From positions 104,587,098 to 104,651,097 of the forward strand of contig NC_052148.1 of NCBI RefSeq assembly GCF_902713615.1: 64,000 nucleotides of DNA, written 5' to 3'. How positions within the stretch are numbered: the stretch's first letter is position 1; each line of letters opens with the position of its first letter. A model generated the notes under the pieces. The model saw nothing but the letters and a program-made list of their open reading frames with translations, searched no databases and was not told the origin of the DNA. The translations under genes were made by a program, and so were the position numbers. Of this stretch, positions 37,446-51,661 are shown piece by piece. The DNA is from Scyliorhinus canicula (Eukaryota).

Positions 37446-38710
37446 GGAAAAAAGGAATCTCGCATGTTTGGCTTTGAGTGCTAATATTTACATTGTGCTC
37501 ATAAAAGAGTACACAATGACAGGAAGAAGACACTCCAGTGACCTACTAGCACTCTACAATGTGGTGGCCTCTGCTCTCAGTTATTTCTATGTGCTGCTCT
37601 CTTTGGATTTGGATTGGATTTATTGTCACGTGTATCATGGTACATTGAAAAGTATTGTTCTGTGTACAGTCCAAACATAGGACATAAGATAAATATACAC
37701 CTTTGTGATCTCAGAGGAGGTGGAGGCAGCCTGCTCATGTCTTTGTCTACAGCTGAGACGCACACTGCAGTTGTACTCATCATGCCCATGGGAGCAACTC
37801 CAGAGGCTGGCTGTTAAAGCTGAATCATTTTGGAGACACTGGATCAATTGGCCGTGTTGTAAAGATGCTCCCTCCATTGGAGGGGCCAAGGAAGCTGAAG
37901 ATTATAATGGTGCCCCATTAAAATGGCAGACTCATCATTCTCGGTGATATCCTCCACACTTGGCTGATGTTCTGGACGTCTGGGTGAGGTACATGCATGG
38001 GCACAGCTGGTATTCCCTCTGGATATCCCTGTGTCATAAGCACCAGTCAAGATCATGTGCTGTGCTTGCATCTGTATATCAATGAGCTGTTCCTCCATGC
38101 ACTCAAGTGCTGCTGCATATAGCTTCCCTTGAGTTTGGTCACTCTCACAATGGAGGGGCCTCATAAGCTCAAAACCCTGAGCCATTGTGATACACATGAG
38201 CAAGATGGATTTCTCCATTTTCTGTCCATGACTCCCCACTACCTCAGGGAACTCTGACAGATGGATGCACATCTGCACCTTCCCGTGCTCACTGGTGCTG
38301 TGCTTATCATCCAGTAGCACTCCATCTAATGCTGCATTAGAACCCACCATTGATGAACCTTTGCTTTCCTTTGTGACTTCATACCTCTTTTCATAACCTT
38401 CCATTAATTAAAGGAGCAAGCCAATATTTACATTGTGCTCATGTGATTGCATCTTCACTGGTGGACAGTGTGCTTGTATGGCGAAATGGTGCTTCTTTTG
38501 AGCTCTGCTGTTTCTGCTCTTAGCCCAGTGATGGTGAGGGAGTTGGTCTCTTGCACCAATATCTACAAGTATGGAAGACATAAGAAGAGTCTGCCTCTGC
38601 AGTGCTGAGGCTTTCTAATGCAATTCAGTATTCCATGTGTTGTCAGATGGGTGATTTGCAAGGCTTCCCCTTAATGGGCAGATTGCTGCTCTGATCACCA
38701 TCTCCACCAC

Positions 38711-39808
38711 TGATACTGAAGTAAAAAACTCATCACTATTCTTAGAATTCCCCCTATACCAAAAGGGGGTCAAGATATTCTAAATGGTGAATAGGGATTG
38801 TCACTCCTTGACTCCTATGCAGATTTAAGTAGGTGCTATTCGGGCCAAACTAGTGTTTCAAGTTATCCCCGGTGTAACCTATATCTTCATAGAAGATTCT
38901 ATCTACTTCCACTTAGTAGCTTCGATCCTGGGTCCCGCGTTGCTCAGTAAATAAAGTAGACTTTGTAATAACCACTGTTTCAGGTTAAAACTTTAAGTTA
39001 TTTTATTATTATTTTTTCTTTTAAAAGATAAAATCGCTGTCTTTACAGAAAAATAAGACGATCTTGCTTCTGAATTCTCCTGGTCAGTTGTTGAGACCTT
39101 CAGGTCTACCTTGAGAATCTCTCTTGTTTAACTTTTGGTTTTCTCCTGATGGATTCGCTGTTCTGCTCGGTTTCTGTGTTCTATCCATCCCATGACCGAG
39201 GGCAGCTATGAGAGCTGATTCTACTGACTGTCAGAATTTCAGGGTTTATATTGTCCTTTTAGCAGTCCAAGTGATTACATGACCTTATTGAAAGTTACTC
39301 TCGCTGGCAAGTTGCTTCATGACCTTATTGAAAGTAACTTACTTTCGCTGGCAGGTTGCTTCATTGTCTAATACAACCTTTAGTTACATACCCTAATGGC
39401 ACTTAGTCTTTGAACTATCGGGTTCTGCTTGACGGGTAATAAATTTGGTTGACAGGTAATCAATTCGGTTCCTGCTTCGTCAGCAAATGTTCTGATATCA
39501 AACCGTAGTGTTATCTTTTTAACCTCAATATTTGACCATAACTTGTGCTCAGTAAAGCAGCTCACCTCTGCATCTCTGCATTCAACTATCGTCAGTATGT
39601 CATACATGTATTCTAACCTTATCTAAATTGGGACTTAAATTCTGACCCTTCTAAGTCGACTACTTGCTAAAAAGGTTTAACTTCTAAAAATGTGTAAACT
39701 ATAAAATGTAAATTAAAATATAAATGTACTATGATGGTAACTAAAACCCTTTGCTACCTTGTAACTTCATTTGTTACCAAAACATAATTCACTAAAGTTT
39801 CTTTATCA
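38711..39808 (-). mobile_element. Possible solo LTR with a tandem enhancer-like duplication
   Basis: TGATA...TATCA ends, minus-strand TATAAA (~39248) and AATAAA (~39003), ~42-bp tandem duplication 39278-39364; no TSD found. Confidence 0.4.
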
Positions 39809-40334
39809 GGAAAGGAGTTGTCTCAGGCTTCTTGTATTTCAAATTGCTTGTCTTGCTGTTAACCCTTCGTGGGACTTTTTCCCTTACATTAAAATCTCAG
39901 GTTTTTCCAGACTTCCATGGTTCAAATGATATGTTTTCCCATTTTCCTTTACAATACACATCATCACAGCTGACTTCCTCATGGTTCATGATCTTGGCTA
40001 TTTCCAAGGTTCCCTCTTCCATTACTGTAATCATTTGAAGTGTTCCAACCACGTCAGGAGGGGTGAACTGAGTCCTTCATTCTCATACTTCAAGTTTGAC
40101 CATAATGGAGTTCTTTTTTTGTGAATTTAGATTGGATGTGCTTCACAGATTCTGTGAGAGTTCCTCTATTTACATTTTGAGTTTATGAAGAATTATTCTG
40201 ACACGTTTCCTTGGGTTAAACAAAGAACAAGATAAGTTTATTGAAACCATTTCCTGCACAAACTAGGTAAATCTTAACCAGCATTCATATGGTCACAAAA
40301 AATCATCTGGGCCCACACCCACCCACCAGTATAG

Positions 40335-40666
40335 ATAGAACATAGAACAGTACAGCACAGAACAGGCCCTTCAGCCCTCGATGTTGTGCCGAGCAATGAT
40401 CACCCTACTTAAACCCACGTAACCCGTATACCCGTAACCCAACAATCCCCCCATTAACCTTACACTACGGGCAATTTAGCATGGCCAATCCACCTAACCC
40501 GCACATCTTTGGACTGTGGGAGGAAACCGGAGCACCCGGAGGAAACCCACGCACACACGGGGAGGACGTGCAGACTCCACACAGACAGTGACCCAGCTGG
40601 GAATCGAACCTGGGACCCTGGAGCTGTGAAGCATTGATGCTAACCACCATGCTACCGTGAGGCCCC
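40335..40666 (-). mobile_element. Young full-length HE1/V-SINE, CR1-type tail
   Basis: Well-preserved head, CpG-retaining V-domain, (TTCTATG)n tail. Confidence 0.92.
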
Positions 40667-42327
40667 AGGCAGAGTAAGTGGCAGAGTAAGTGGATAGGCT
40701 TATAGGATTTTTAAAAACAACTCATGAAAAATAAAACAAACGGGTACGCAGTCCAGCTGTTTCTTGACAGGTTTTGATACGTTGTTGTACATTGCGGCCG
40801 TTTTGTTCAGCTCCCTTTCTGGGTGTAGCTGTGCGGAGTAGATTTCCACAATTTTTGCTGAAGAGATCTTGGCTTGCAGTAGGTTTCACTTCTCATTCTG
40901 TTTACTTTTCAAACCCGGCACAACACTTTCAAGAGAGAGGGAGAAAGTTAGAGAGGGCACACAGCTTCAACAGTACAACATTGTTCTCTCTCCTGCTTGG
41001 CAAGGGGGCGAGGGGAGGGGGGGGGGGGCTTCAAATACTTTGCTGGTGTATATTCCATAAAGTATTATTAATTCATGCCTGCTGCAGTTATTGTTTCAGA
41101 ACAGGTAATTGCATTTTAATGTCACATCTCAGAAACATTTGAAAATTCTCAGGATGGTGTGGATTGGCAGGGGATGAGGTCTTTCATGTTCCATAGTGGG
41201 TTAAGTGTCTGTTCTCATCCCAATTGGTGGAATGCTAAATAGTGCGAATTGCAGCAGTTGGGGCAGTTTTGTCACTGTCTCTAGAGCTCCCAATTTTTTT
41301 AATACAGCCAGAAAAAAAAAATTAGAAATTGTATCTTCAAACAGCACATACTCGTAATAGAAGATCGAGAACCCCTCCACAGGTCTGGACCTTCTCCTAG
41401 GCATTATGTGCATGTTTCTCCTGCAAGGAAAAACGAGACGATGTTAAGCCCTCTATGGCTAATGTGAGCTGCTCCCAATTCATTTTGAGGCTTCAGGTTA
41501 CAATACTAATTGGCCTTCAAGCATTGGCTTGGGCATGGGTGCTCCCATGCTCAAGAGGAGTATGCACCTTGAGGCTCCTCAGCTTGTGTGCCTGCAGTGG
41601 GTGAATGCCCGAAGGCTTGTCCTGAGGTTTGAGGGTTACACACACATTGTTAGAGTTCATCAAGTAATTGAAGCTCTTCCAACAGTGCACCACATCCCTT
41701 CTGCTAATTGTGTCACAATGTCCATCCAGGCATGCTTAGTCTGCGTGGCTGGCCTCCTCTTGCCACCTTCTGGGAAGAAAACCTGCCTCCTCCCCCTTAT
41801 GCTCTTTAAGAAGATCTCTAGATCCACAGCAGTAAGCTGAAAGGTTGCCCAGCCCCTTTATTCCTCTGGCTCTTTTGTGAAATTACAAATTCCTCGTAGC
41901 ATAATTTCTACCAAGCGGAAATTAGAAACCTTAAATGGCAGCGACATTAATGGCTTGTGTAGTCTGTATAAACTAGGCCTACACTTGACCAGTTTCATCT
42001 CAATTGAAGTTCCTGTGGTCTCTGTTTGGTTGCCAAACCCATCTCCATGCCAATGAAAGGGCGCCCCATTAAACTCAAGGCCGATTGCTTCTCCCCACCT
42101 TCAAAGGAAAAGTCTTTCCCACAGCCTCTGTTCTTAATGTAAAGCCCAGTATGAATTTCATCTGAGTAAAGTAATTTAACTTTGTTTTTCAAAATTATGT
42201 GCAGAAAAGCTACTGTATGGAAAGTGTTAGAAACTGAAGAAAAGAATCGTTAACTGAACAGTAGTGAGGCAAAATAGGTACATTGCATATGTCCAAGTAG
42301 CATTTTGCAAATTTAGCAATACCGCCC

Positions 42328-45300
42328 TAAATTTTTTCACTGTAATAAACTAGGCCATGTAAAGTCACAGTGATGGCGGTTGAAGAAAAGCACTGGGAAG
42401 GCTGATGTGGTAAAACAGGATAAGACAGTGGGGTTTGTTAAAGTGGTAAAGGAAACCGCAAGTGAAGCGAAGGAGGTGCAAAAGATTGTACAGCCTGATC
42501 AAGAGCTGATTGATAAGAAGGTGCCAGATCTCTTTAAAGAATTTACTTGTGCGGGTAAAGTTTACTCATGTGTATCAGGAGGAGCAGGTAAAGAAGTCAC
42601 AATTTTAAGATACGGGAGCTAGTCAATCTTTAATGGTAAGAGATGAGGAGTTATGTAGTCTGGGAAGAATGTTGCCAGAAAAGGTGGTAAAATGTGGAAT
42701 TCAGGGTGAGAAGAGTAGTGTTCCATTATATAAGGTAAGGTTGGAAAGTCCAGTGAAGAGTGAAGTGGTAGTAGGAATAATAGAGAAACTATCTTGTCCA
42801 GGAATACAGACGAATATCTTGGGATTTTTTCGGATTGTGTAGTGACAAGGTCGCAAAGTCACAGGTTAAGACAAGAGGAGAAATCAGAGAGTGAAGATAA
42901 AGATGAAGTGCAATCATCAGAAACAATTTTTGATCAGATGGTTGGAAAGAACAGGTGGAGGATGAGGCAGATATTTTTAGTTCAGGAAAATTGGTGGAGT
43001 TACAACAGAAAGAGGTAGAAATAAAATGGATGTATCAGAAAGCATACATGGAAGAGGAATCTGAGTGGATACCAGTGTGTTATTACCGTAAAAGTGATGT
43101 CTTGATGAGAAAATGGAGACCTTTACATATGCATACGGATGAAAAGTGGTCAGAAGTTCATCAAGTAGTATTGCCGGTAGGGTATAGAAAGGAGGTGTTG
43201 CGAGTTGTACATGAGGTACCAGTGGGCGGTCATTTGGGAATAAGGAAAACTCAAGCTAAAATCCAAAAACATTTTTATTGGCCTGGTCTACATAAAGATG
43301 TAGTTAAATTTTGTCAATCATGTCACATGTCAAATGATAGGGAAACCTCAAACAGTGATAAAACCAGCACCCTTAATACCCATTCCAGCATTTGAGGAAC
43401 CTTTTACAAGGGTCCTAATTGATTGCGTAGGACCGCTTCCCAAAACAAAAAGTGGGAATCAATATCTTTTGACTGTAATGGATGTGTCTACTAGGTTTCA
43501 AGAAGCCAATCCAGTACGTAATATTATAGCTAAAAAGATTGTGGAGGAGTTACTTAAATTCTTTACTAGATATGGACTACCCACACAAATACAATCGGAT
43601 CAAGGTTCAAATTTTACCCTAAGGTTATTCAAAGAAGTTATGGATATCTCAGGAATAAAACAATTTAAATCAACTACGTACCATCCAGAATCGCAGGGAG
43701 CATTAGAAAGGTGGCATCAGAGATTAAAGACAATGTTGAGGGCTTATTGTCAAGATTATCCAGAGGATTGGGATAAAGAATTCCATTCGTACTGTTTGCA
43801 ATTAGGGATGCACCTAATGAGTCAACCAAATTTAGTCCTTTTGAACTAATGTTTGGTCATGAGGTAAGAGGACCACTTAAATTGATTAAGGAAAAATTGG
43901 AGAGTGAGAAATCAGAAATTACATTATTGGATTACCTGTCAAATTTTAGGGAACAATTAAATAGAGAAGGTGAATTGGCTCAACAACATTTAAAAGTTAC
44001 ACAAAATGTGATGAAATGGATGGCGGACAAGAAATCCAAAGTTTGTAGTTTTGCCAGTGGAGATAAAAGTTTTAGTGTTGTTACCAGTGGTAGGTGAACC
44101 TTTAAAAGCAAGGTTTTGTGGACCTTATCAGTTTGAAAGGAAATTAAGTGAGGTGAATTATGTGGTTAAAAACGCCGGATAGAAGGAAGACTCACCGAGT
44201 GTGTCATATGAATATGTTTAAAAGGTACTTTTAAAGGGAAGGAGAGAAAAATAAGGTTTTAATGATTCTAACTCAAAGTGACGAACCAAATCCAGATGAC
44301 TGTCAATTTGAGATACCTCAAATTAAATTGGAAAACGAGGACGTTCTTAAAAATTGGGATAAATTGTTGAGTTACCTTCCAGAAGAAAAATGAACTGACC
44401 TGAAAGTTATTGATATCACATGGGCAGGTTTGTAGAGATAAATTGGGAAGTACTAAAATGGCTATACATGATGTAGATGTGGGAAATGCTGTTCCAATCA
44501 AACAACCCTTTAAAATTGGCACAGGTTAAGAGATTGAGAGTATGCTTAAAAATGGCATAATTGAAATGGGTTGCAGCCAATGGAGCTCACCCATAGTGAT
44601 GGTACCCAAACCAGATGGTACCCATCGGTTGTGCGTGGACTCTAGAAAGATTAATGCAGTTACAAGAACAAATTCTTATCCTAACCCACATTTGGAGGAC
44701 TGCACTGAGAAAGTGGGAAATCAGTTTTTATTTTTCAAACTGGATTTACTTAAAGGTTATTGGAAGGTACCTTTATCCGAAAGGGCGAAGGAGATTTCAG
44801 CGTTTGTGACTCCAGATGGTATATACTAATTCAAAGTTATGCCATTTGGCATGAAAAATGCCCCAGCCACATTTCAACGGTTAACTAACAAAGTTGTTTC
44901 AGGATTACCCAATTGTGCAGTATACATCGACAATCTGGTAATTTTCAGCCAGACAGGGAAAGAACATTTAAAACATCTGATGGAGTTATTCGATCGACTT
45001 CAGGAGGCAGGTTTGGTGGTAAACCTAGACAAAAGTGAATTTGGAAAAGCCGAAGTCACTTTTCTTGAGGTGTTTCCTATACCCTCAAGACGAAGGGAAA
45101 TAATGTGATTTATTTGCATGAGTGGATTTGATCGAACATTTGTGCAAACGTTGTGTAGCGTGATTGCTCCACTGATAAACTTGCTGAAGAAACGACGAAA
45201 ATTTCAATGGACAGCAGAGTTTCAACAAGCATTTGACTGCCTGAAAGCGGTGATAACCAATGCTCCTGTGCTGGAGAATTGCAAGGGACTCTGTGATCAG

Positions 45301-48300
45301 ACTGAACTAAAGTATCTGACTTTTAAGAGAAATGCCGAGGCGTAGAGAAATGGATGGATCGTGCAAGGACCTTATTGTTCAAAGAGACAGTCAATCGAGA
45401 AGGATTTCAGTTGCGGCCAAGGCGCTGAGGGGGTTTATGGACCAGATGGGAGGGGTGGATCCCTGGAGGTTTGGGAGGCCGAGGGCGTTGGAGTATTCCT
45501 TTTTCTCCCATGTGCATAGGGTTTACTCCCGAATAGACTTTTTCGTTCTGAGCAGGGGATTGATCCCGAGGGTGGAGGATGCCGAGTATTCAGCCATAGC
45601 AATTTCAGACCATGCTCCGCACTGGGTCGATCTGGCGATAGGGGAGGTGTGGGACCAGCGCCCGCTGTGGCATCTGGACGTGGGGTTGCTGGCTGATGTG
45701 GGGGTGTGTAGGAGGGTCCGGGGAAGTATTGAGGGGTACCTTGAGGCCAACAATATGGGGGAGGTCCGGGTGGGATGGTTTGGGAGGCTCTGAAGGCAGT
45801 GATCCGGGGGGAGCTGATTTCCATCTGGGCCCATAGGGAAAGGAAGGAGAGGAGGGAGAGGGAGAGACTGGTGCGGGAGCTCCTAGATGTGGATAGGAGG
45901 TATACGGAGGCCCCGGAGGAGGGATTGTTGGGGGAACGGCATAGCTTGCAGGCCAAGTTCGACTTGCTGACCACCAGAAAGGCTGAGACACAGTGGAGGA
46001 AGGCGCAAGGCGCGGTTTATGAGTATGGGGAGAAGGCGAGCAGGATGCTGGCGCATCAGCTCCGCAGGCGGGATGCGACTAGGGAAATTGGTGGAGTGAT
46101 GGATAAGGATGGGAATGTGGTGTGGAAGGGGGCAGAGGTGAACGGGGTCTTTAGGGACTTTACGAGGAACTGTACCGGTCGGAGCCACTGGTGGGGGGTG
46201 AACAGGCTACGTATCCCAAAGGTGCAGGAGGAGCTGGTGGAGGGGCTGCGGGCGCCGATAGAGTTGGAGGAGCTAGTCAGGGGGATTGGTCAAATGCAGT
46301 CAGGGAAGGCGCCGGGGCCGGATGGGTTCCCGGTGGAATTTTATAAAAAGTATGCGGACCTGGTGGACCCCTGTTGGTGCGGGCCTTCAATGAGGCATGG
46401 GGGGGGGGGGGGGGCTTTGTCCCCAACGATGTCACGGGCACCGATTTCTTTGATCCTGAAGCGGGATAAGGACCCTCTGCAGTGTGGATCATACAGGCCA
46501 ATCTCGCTCCTCAATGTGGATGCTACGTTGCTGGCGAAGATCCTGGCCACCAGGATAGAGGACTGTGTGCCAGGGGTGATATATGAGGATCAGACAGGAT
46601 TTGTCAAGGGAAGACAGCTTAACACGAATGTGCAGAGGTTGTTAAATGTTATTATGATGACGGCGGTTGAGGTGGAGGCGGAGATAGTAGTGGCGCTAGA
46701 TGCAGGGAAGGCCTTTGATAGAGTTGAGTGGGGGTACCTGTGGGAGGTGCTGGAGAGGTTTGGATTTGGGGAGGGGTTCATCAAATGGGTGAGGTTGCTT
46801 TATGAGGGCCCGATGGCAAGTGTAGCTACTAATGGAAGGAGGTCAGAGTACTTCAGGCTCTACTGTGGGACCAGGCAGGGGTGCCCCCTGTCCCCCTTGC
46901 TCTTTGCACTGGCAATTGAACCTCTGGCTATGGCGTTGAGGGAGTCGGGGAGGTGGAGAGGTCTGGTGCGGGGTGGGGAGGAACATCGGGTATCGCTGTA
47001 TGCGGACGACCTGCTGCTGTATGTGGCAGACCCAGTGGGGGGGAATGCTGGGGGTGGTGGAGCTGCTGGCTGAGTTTGGGGGCTTCTCGGGCTATAAGCT
47101 GAATCTGGTTAAGAGCGAGGTGTTTGTAGTGCACCCGGGTGATCAGGAGGAAGGAATTGGTAGGCTCCCGTTTAAGAGGGCAGCAAAGAGTTTTAGGTAC
47201 CTGGGGGTGCAGGTGGCTAGGAGTTGGGGGACTCTCCACAAGCTTAATTTTACCAGGCTTGTGGAGCAGATGGAGGAGGAATTTAAAAGGTGAGACGGTG
47301 CCGCTATCGCTGGTGGGTAGAGTGCAGTCAGTCAAAATGACGGTGCTCCCGAGGTTCTTGTTCCTTTTTCAGTGCCTGCCCATCCTTATCCCGAGGGCCT
47401 TTTTTAGGAGGGTGACTAGCAGCATCATGAGCTTTGTTTGGGCATATGGGACCCCGAGGGTGAAGAGGGTCTTCTTGGAGCGGGGCACAGATGGTGGGGG
47501 GCTGGCGTTACCCAACCTCTCGGGGTATTATTGGGCGGCCAATGTGTCGATGGTGCTCAAGTGGGTGATGGAGGGGGAGGGGGCAGCATGGAAAAGGTTG
47601 GAGATGGCGTCCTGTGGAGGAACAAGCCTGGGGGCCCTGGTAACGGCGCCGTTGCCGCTCCCTCCACGAGTCCGATGGTGGCGGCTACCCTCAAGATTTG
47701 GGGGCAGTGGAGGCGACATAGGAGGAAAGTGGGGGGCTCGATGGAGGCTCCGCTAAGGGGGAACCATCGGTTTGTCCCGGGGAACATCGATGGGGGGTTC
47801 CTGGGGTTGCACAGAGCGGGCATCAGAAAGCTGAGGGACCTGTTCATTGACGGGAGGTTTGCGAGCCTGGGAGAGTTGGAGGAGAAATTTGAGCTCCCGT
47901 CGGGGAACATGTTCAGGTACCTGCAGGTAAAGGCGTTTGCTAGGTGGCAGGTGGAGGAATTCCCTTTGCTGCCCGCGAGGGGGGGTGAGGGACAGGGTGC
48001 TTTCGGGGGTCTGGGTCGGGATGGGAAGGTGTCTGATATCTACAAGGTAATGCAGGAGGTGGAGGAGGCATCAGTAGAGGAGCTAAAGGCTAAGTGGGAG
48101 GGGGAGCTGGGGGAGCAGATCGAGGATGGGACATGGGCAGATGCCCTGGAGAGGGTTAACTCTTCCTCCTCATGTGCGCGGCTTAGCCTCATCCAATTCA
48201 AGGTGCTGCACCGGGCCCATATGTCCGGGACTAGGATGAGTAGGTTCTTTGGGGGCGAAGACAGGTGTGTCAGGTGTTCGGGGAGTCCAGCGAACCATGC

Positions 48301-49702
48301 CCATATGTTCTGGGCATGCCCGGCACTGGAGGAGTTCTGGAAGGGGGTGGCAAGGACGGTGTCGAGGGTGGTAGGATCCAGGGTCAAGCCAGGCTGGGGA
48401 TCGCAATTTTTGGGGTTACGGTGGAGCCGGGAGTGCAGGAGACGAGAGAGGCCGGTGTTTTGGCCTTTGCGTCCCTAGTAGCCCGACAGAGGATCTTGCT
48501 ACAGTGGAAGGATGCGAGACCCCCAAGCATGGAGACCTGGATCAATGACATGGCGGGTTTTATTAAACTGGAGGTCAAATTCGCCCTGAGAGGATCGGTA
48601 CAAGGGTTCTTTAGGCGGTGGCAGCCTTTCCTCGACTTTCTGGCTCAGCGATAGGGAACTAGGTCAGCAGCAGCAGCAACCTGGGGGGGGGTAAAAGAGG
48701 GGGGGGGGGGGGGGGGTTGACTATTTTTATTTAATTTAATTTATTTTCAAGTTCTCTTGTTTTTTACCGAGTTTGGGGGGGTGGAGCTCGATATATGCGT
48801 TGCTGCGGTCTTGGGGGTGTTATGCTTATTATGTTGTTTGTTACGGTTTGTTATATATTTTGTAAAACATTTTCAATAAAAATTATTTTTAAAAAAAAGA
48901 GGATTTCAGTTGGAGGAAGAACAACGGAAACAAATGGATTATATTATTGTAACTGTTCGCGTATTTTTTTTTAAACGATAAAGTATATTTACTGTGTGTA
49001 TTTCTTAAAGGATGGTGAAAAGGTGAAAAATGAAACCATCTTGAAGTTGATGGTTTTTTTTGGGGGGGAGGTGTCATGTGAGAGTACATTTCAGAAATGG
49101 GTGTTTATAAATGGGCGTGTATATCAGTATCTGTAGTGAGAGTACCTTTAAGAAATGGGTGTTTATTACTGCAGTGATGTCAGAGAGTGGGTGGAGCTGG
49201 GCTGTCTGTCAGCTTTTTACTTCAGTTTTAGACTGTTTGCTGCAGGGTGTGTTTTAGTTTCGTTTTCAGAGCTGGATAGCCACAGTCACAGCCAGAAGGG
49301 GTATTACTCTCTCTGTAACCGAAAGAATGTAAATCGATCCTTTGGTGATTTAAAACTAATAACTGCTTGCAGTAGTGACTTTAACCTGATGTACTTCTGT
49401 TTAAAAGGTTTCTTTTTAAGTCTTCTGGATGTTAAAAGGACAGTTTACGGATTACTTAGTGTTGTATTCTTTGGGGATTGTATTTGAATTAATGGTTGCT
49501 AAATGTTCACGGTATGTTTTAAAACGGTTAACTTGAGTTCATAGAATAAACATGGTTTTGTCTTTAAAAATACTTTTCCATTTTTGCTGTACCACAACTG
49601 TAGAGTGGGCTGTGTGCTCCCCATACCACAATCTATTAAAAGTTGTGGGTCAGGTGAACTCCATGCTACACTTTGGGGTTCTCTCAACCCTGGCCCATAA
49701 CA
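42328..49702 (+). mobile_element. Gmr1-type Gypsy LTR retrotransposon (gag-PR-INT-RT order), 5'-truncated, with 3' LTR 49072-49702
   Basis: Zinc-knuckle remnant FHCNKLGHVKSQ (~42335); INT HEVPVGGHLGIRKT...IDCVGPLPKT...SDQGSNF...YHPESQGALER (43200-43800) precedes RT SQWSSPIVMVPKPDG...MPFGMKNAPATFQR...YIDN (44540-45100); PPT GGGGGGGAGG; LTR TGTCATG...CATAACA. Confidence 0.9.
45414..48899 (+). mobile_element. 5'-truncated L1-clade LINE (ORF2) inserted in the Gmr1 element
   Basis: 13-bp TSD AGGATTTCAGTTG (45401-45413, 48900-48912); KAPGPDGFPVEFYK, YRPISLLNVD, GTRQGCPLSPLLF, SLYADD, CVRC...HMFWAC; AATAAA plus A-tail. Confidence 0.95.
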
Positions 49703-49899
49703 ACATCATGAAAAAAATGTAGTCATTAGTACCTGTTGTTGGTGGGTGCTTGTTGGTAGCATTCCTGACATTACAACAATGACTTACAAACCAAACCTAC
49801 TCACATAACAGGCCCACTTCCCATCCCCTCTCAACCCCACCCGCTCAGCATTAGAAGCTTTTTTATCATTCTTGTTAATTTTCTCTCATACTCAAATTT

Positions 49900-50900
49900 C
49901 TCCCCTTTATTATATTTTCAGTCTGTTTTTGCTGGTTTCTAATCTTTGGAGCATTGTATGTCTTTTCTTTCAATTTAGTACCATCCTAACTTCCTTGGTT
50001 TACATGGATAATGCAGCCCTCTTGTAGAATCTTTCTTTCTCAATGGAATGTATGTTGCTGAGAGTTCTGAAATATCCACTTAAAATGTCTGCCATTGTTT
50101 TTCTAATGACATATATTTGAACCTATTTTCCCTTTTCACTTCAGTCACTCTATCTTACCAATATTTCTCACCCTCAAACTGAATGTGAAATTCCACAATG
50201 TTATGATCACTCTTACTACAAGGATCCTTTACAAAGAGGTTATTAATTAATCCAGCCTCATTGCACATTACCAGTTCTAAAATAGTTGGTCCCCGGTTGA
50301 CTCCAAAACGTATTGCCAACTGTGTAATAATCAACATAACACAAGCTAGGTTTGTATCCCCTGGAATTTAGAAGACTAAGGGGTGATTTGATCAAAATTT
50401 ACAAGATAATAAGGCGAGCAGATAGGAAAGATAGAAAAATAGGATAGAAAGAAAATAGGATAGATAGAAAAATAAGAGTAGGCCATTTGGTCCTCCGAGC
50501 CAGCTCCGCCATTCAACATGACACGGCTGATCCTCTATTTCAACACCATATTGCAGTACTCTCCCCATAGAAAATTGGAGTGGAGAGAAACTATTTAGGC
50601 TGGTAGTTGATTCCAGGATTAGGGGATATAGCCTAAAATTGAGCCATGCATTTCAGGAGCAAAATTAGGAAACATTTACACAAATCATGTTCGGAGCTCT
50701 GAGCTCTTATCATATGGCTATTGACATTAGATGAATTGTATATTTTAAATCTGAGATTGATAGACTTTTGTCATCTAAAGGAATTTCAGGGACATGGGGG
50801 AAACTACATGGAGCTAGGTCACGAATCAGTCATAATTTCATTGAGTGACGCAACATACTCTAGGGACTAGATGCCCTATTCCTGATTGTATGCTCCTAAA
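49900..50900. mobile_element. Old CR1 fragments: endonuclease region (-) 49900-50330 and 3' end (+) 50340-50900
   Basis: ILELVMCNEAGLINNLFVKDPCSKSDHNIVEF; GAATTTAGAAGACTAAGGGGTGATTTGATC. Confidence 0.65.
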
Positions 50901-51661
50901 TCAGTCCTAAGTTTTAAAATTTACCAAATAGAGTTGAAATTACAAGCATTGTAAATCATTGATATGAATATGGTCTAAAAACGCTCTTATTCAGAACTTT
51001 TTGTTAATAAAAAGAATGTCAAGTCGACTTTATGTAAGCCAGTAATACGCAACGCATTATTTTAGGCTATTGCGGAAGAATAACAAAGATTTACAAATGA
51101 ACCAGCTGAAATATGTACACTTATAGAGATATTATGTAAAAACTGAGCAGAGATTGCAACAAAGGCTTTACAAATAAAACACTGTATCTGAAAGCCATAT
51201 TATATTTCCACCTGAAGATAGATCAATTTTACAAGTCATTATCTGGACAATTGTGATAGAAAAGTGTTAAAAATATTGAAATATTGCCAAACATTGTTAT
51301 GTTTGTTTTACTGTTTCATAGTTAATTCAATTGTCAGGTAGGGTGACCTTCTGATATCAGAAGACAACTGCTAGCTTGATAATCTATCGTTAAAGTAGCC
51401 ATTTCTGCCCAGTTGTCTAATAATCAACATTACAAATTGTCTGAACATTTTGCATGTAATATTTTACCTATGCTGAAAACAAATTTTAAACAAAATTTTT
51501 AAATGTTTTAAAATGCACATTGCTCGCACAATCAACTATTCTTTTTACACTTTTTCTAATTCACAAAGAAATAGTCATGAACATGTGAGCCATTGTCCTG
51601 TACACAGAAAAAGAATTAAAAGCAGTCGTTTGGAACAACCCTAGGATTATAACACTGGGCA

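Noticed and set aside
37635-38404. 186-aa minus-strand ORF as a host gene
   Set aside because: No recognisable domain or exon context; resembles decayed Harbinger accessory-gene sequence, too weak to call.
50900-51661. SREK1IP1 polyadenylation signal
   Set aside because: No canonical minus-strand AATAAA or ATTAAA seen in the unique UTR-like stretch, only variants, so none was called.
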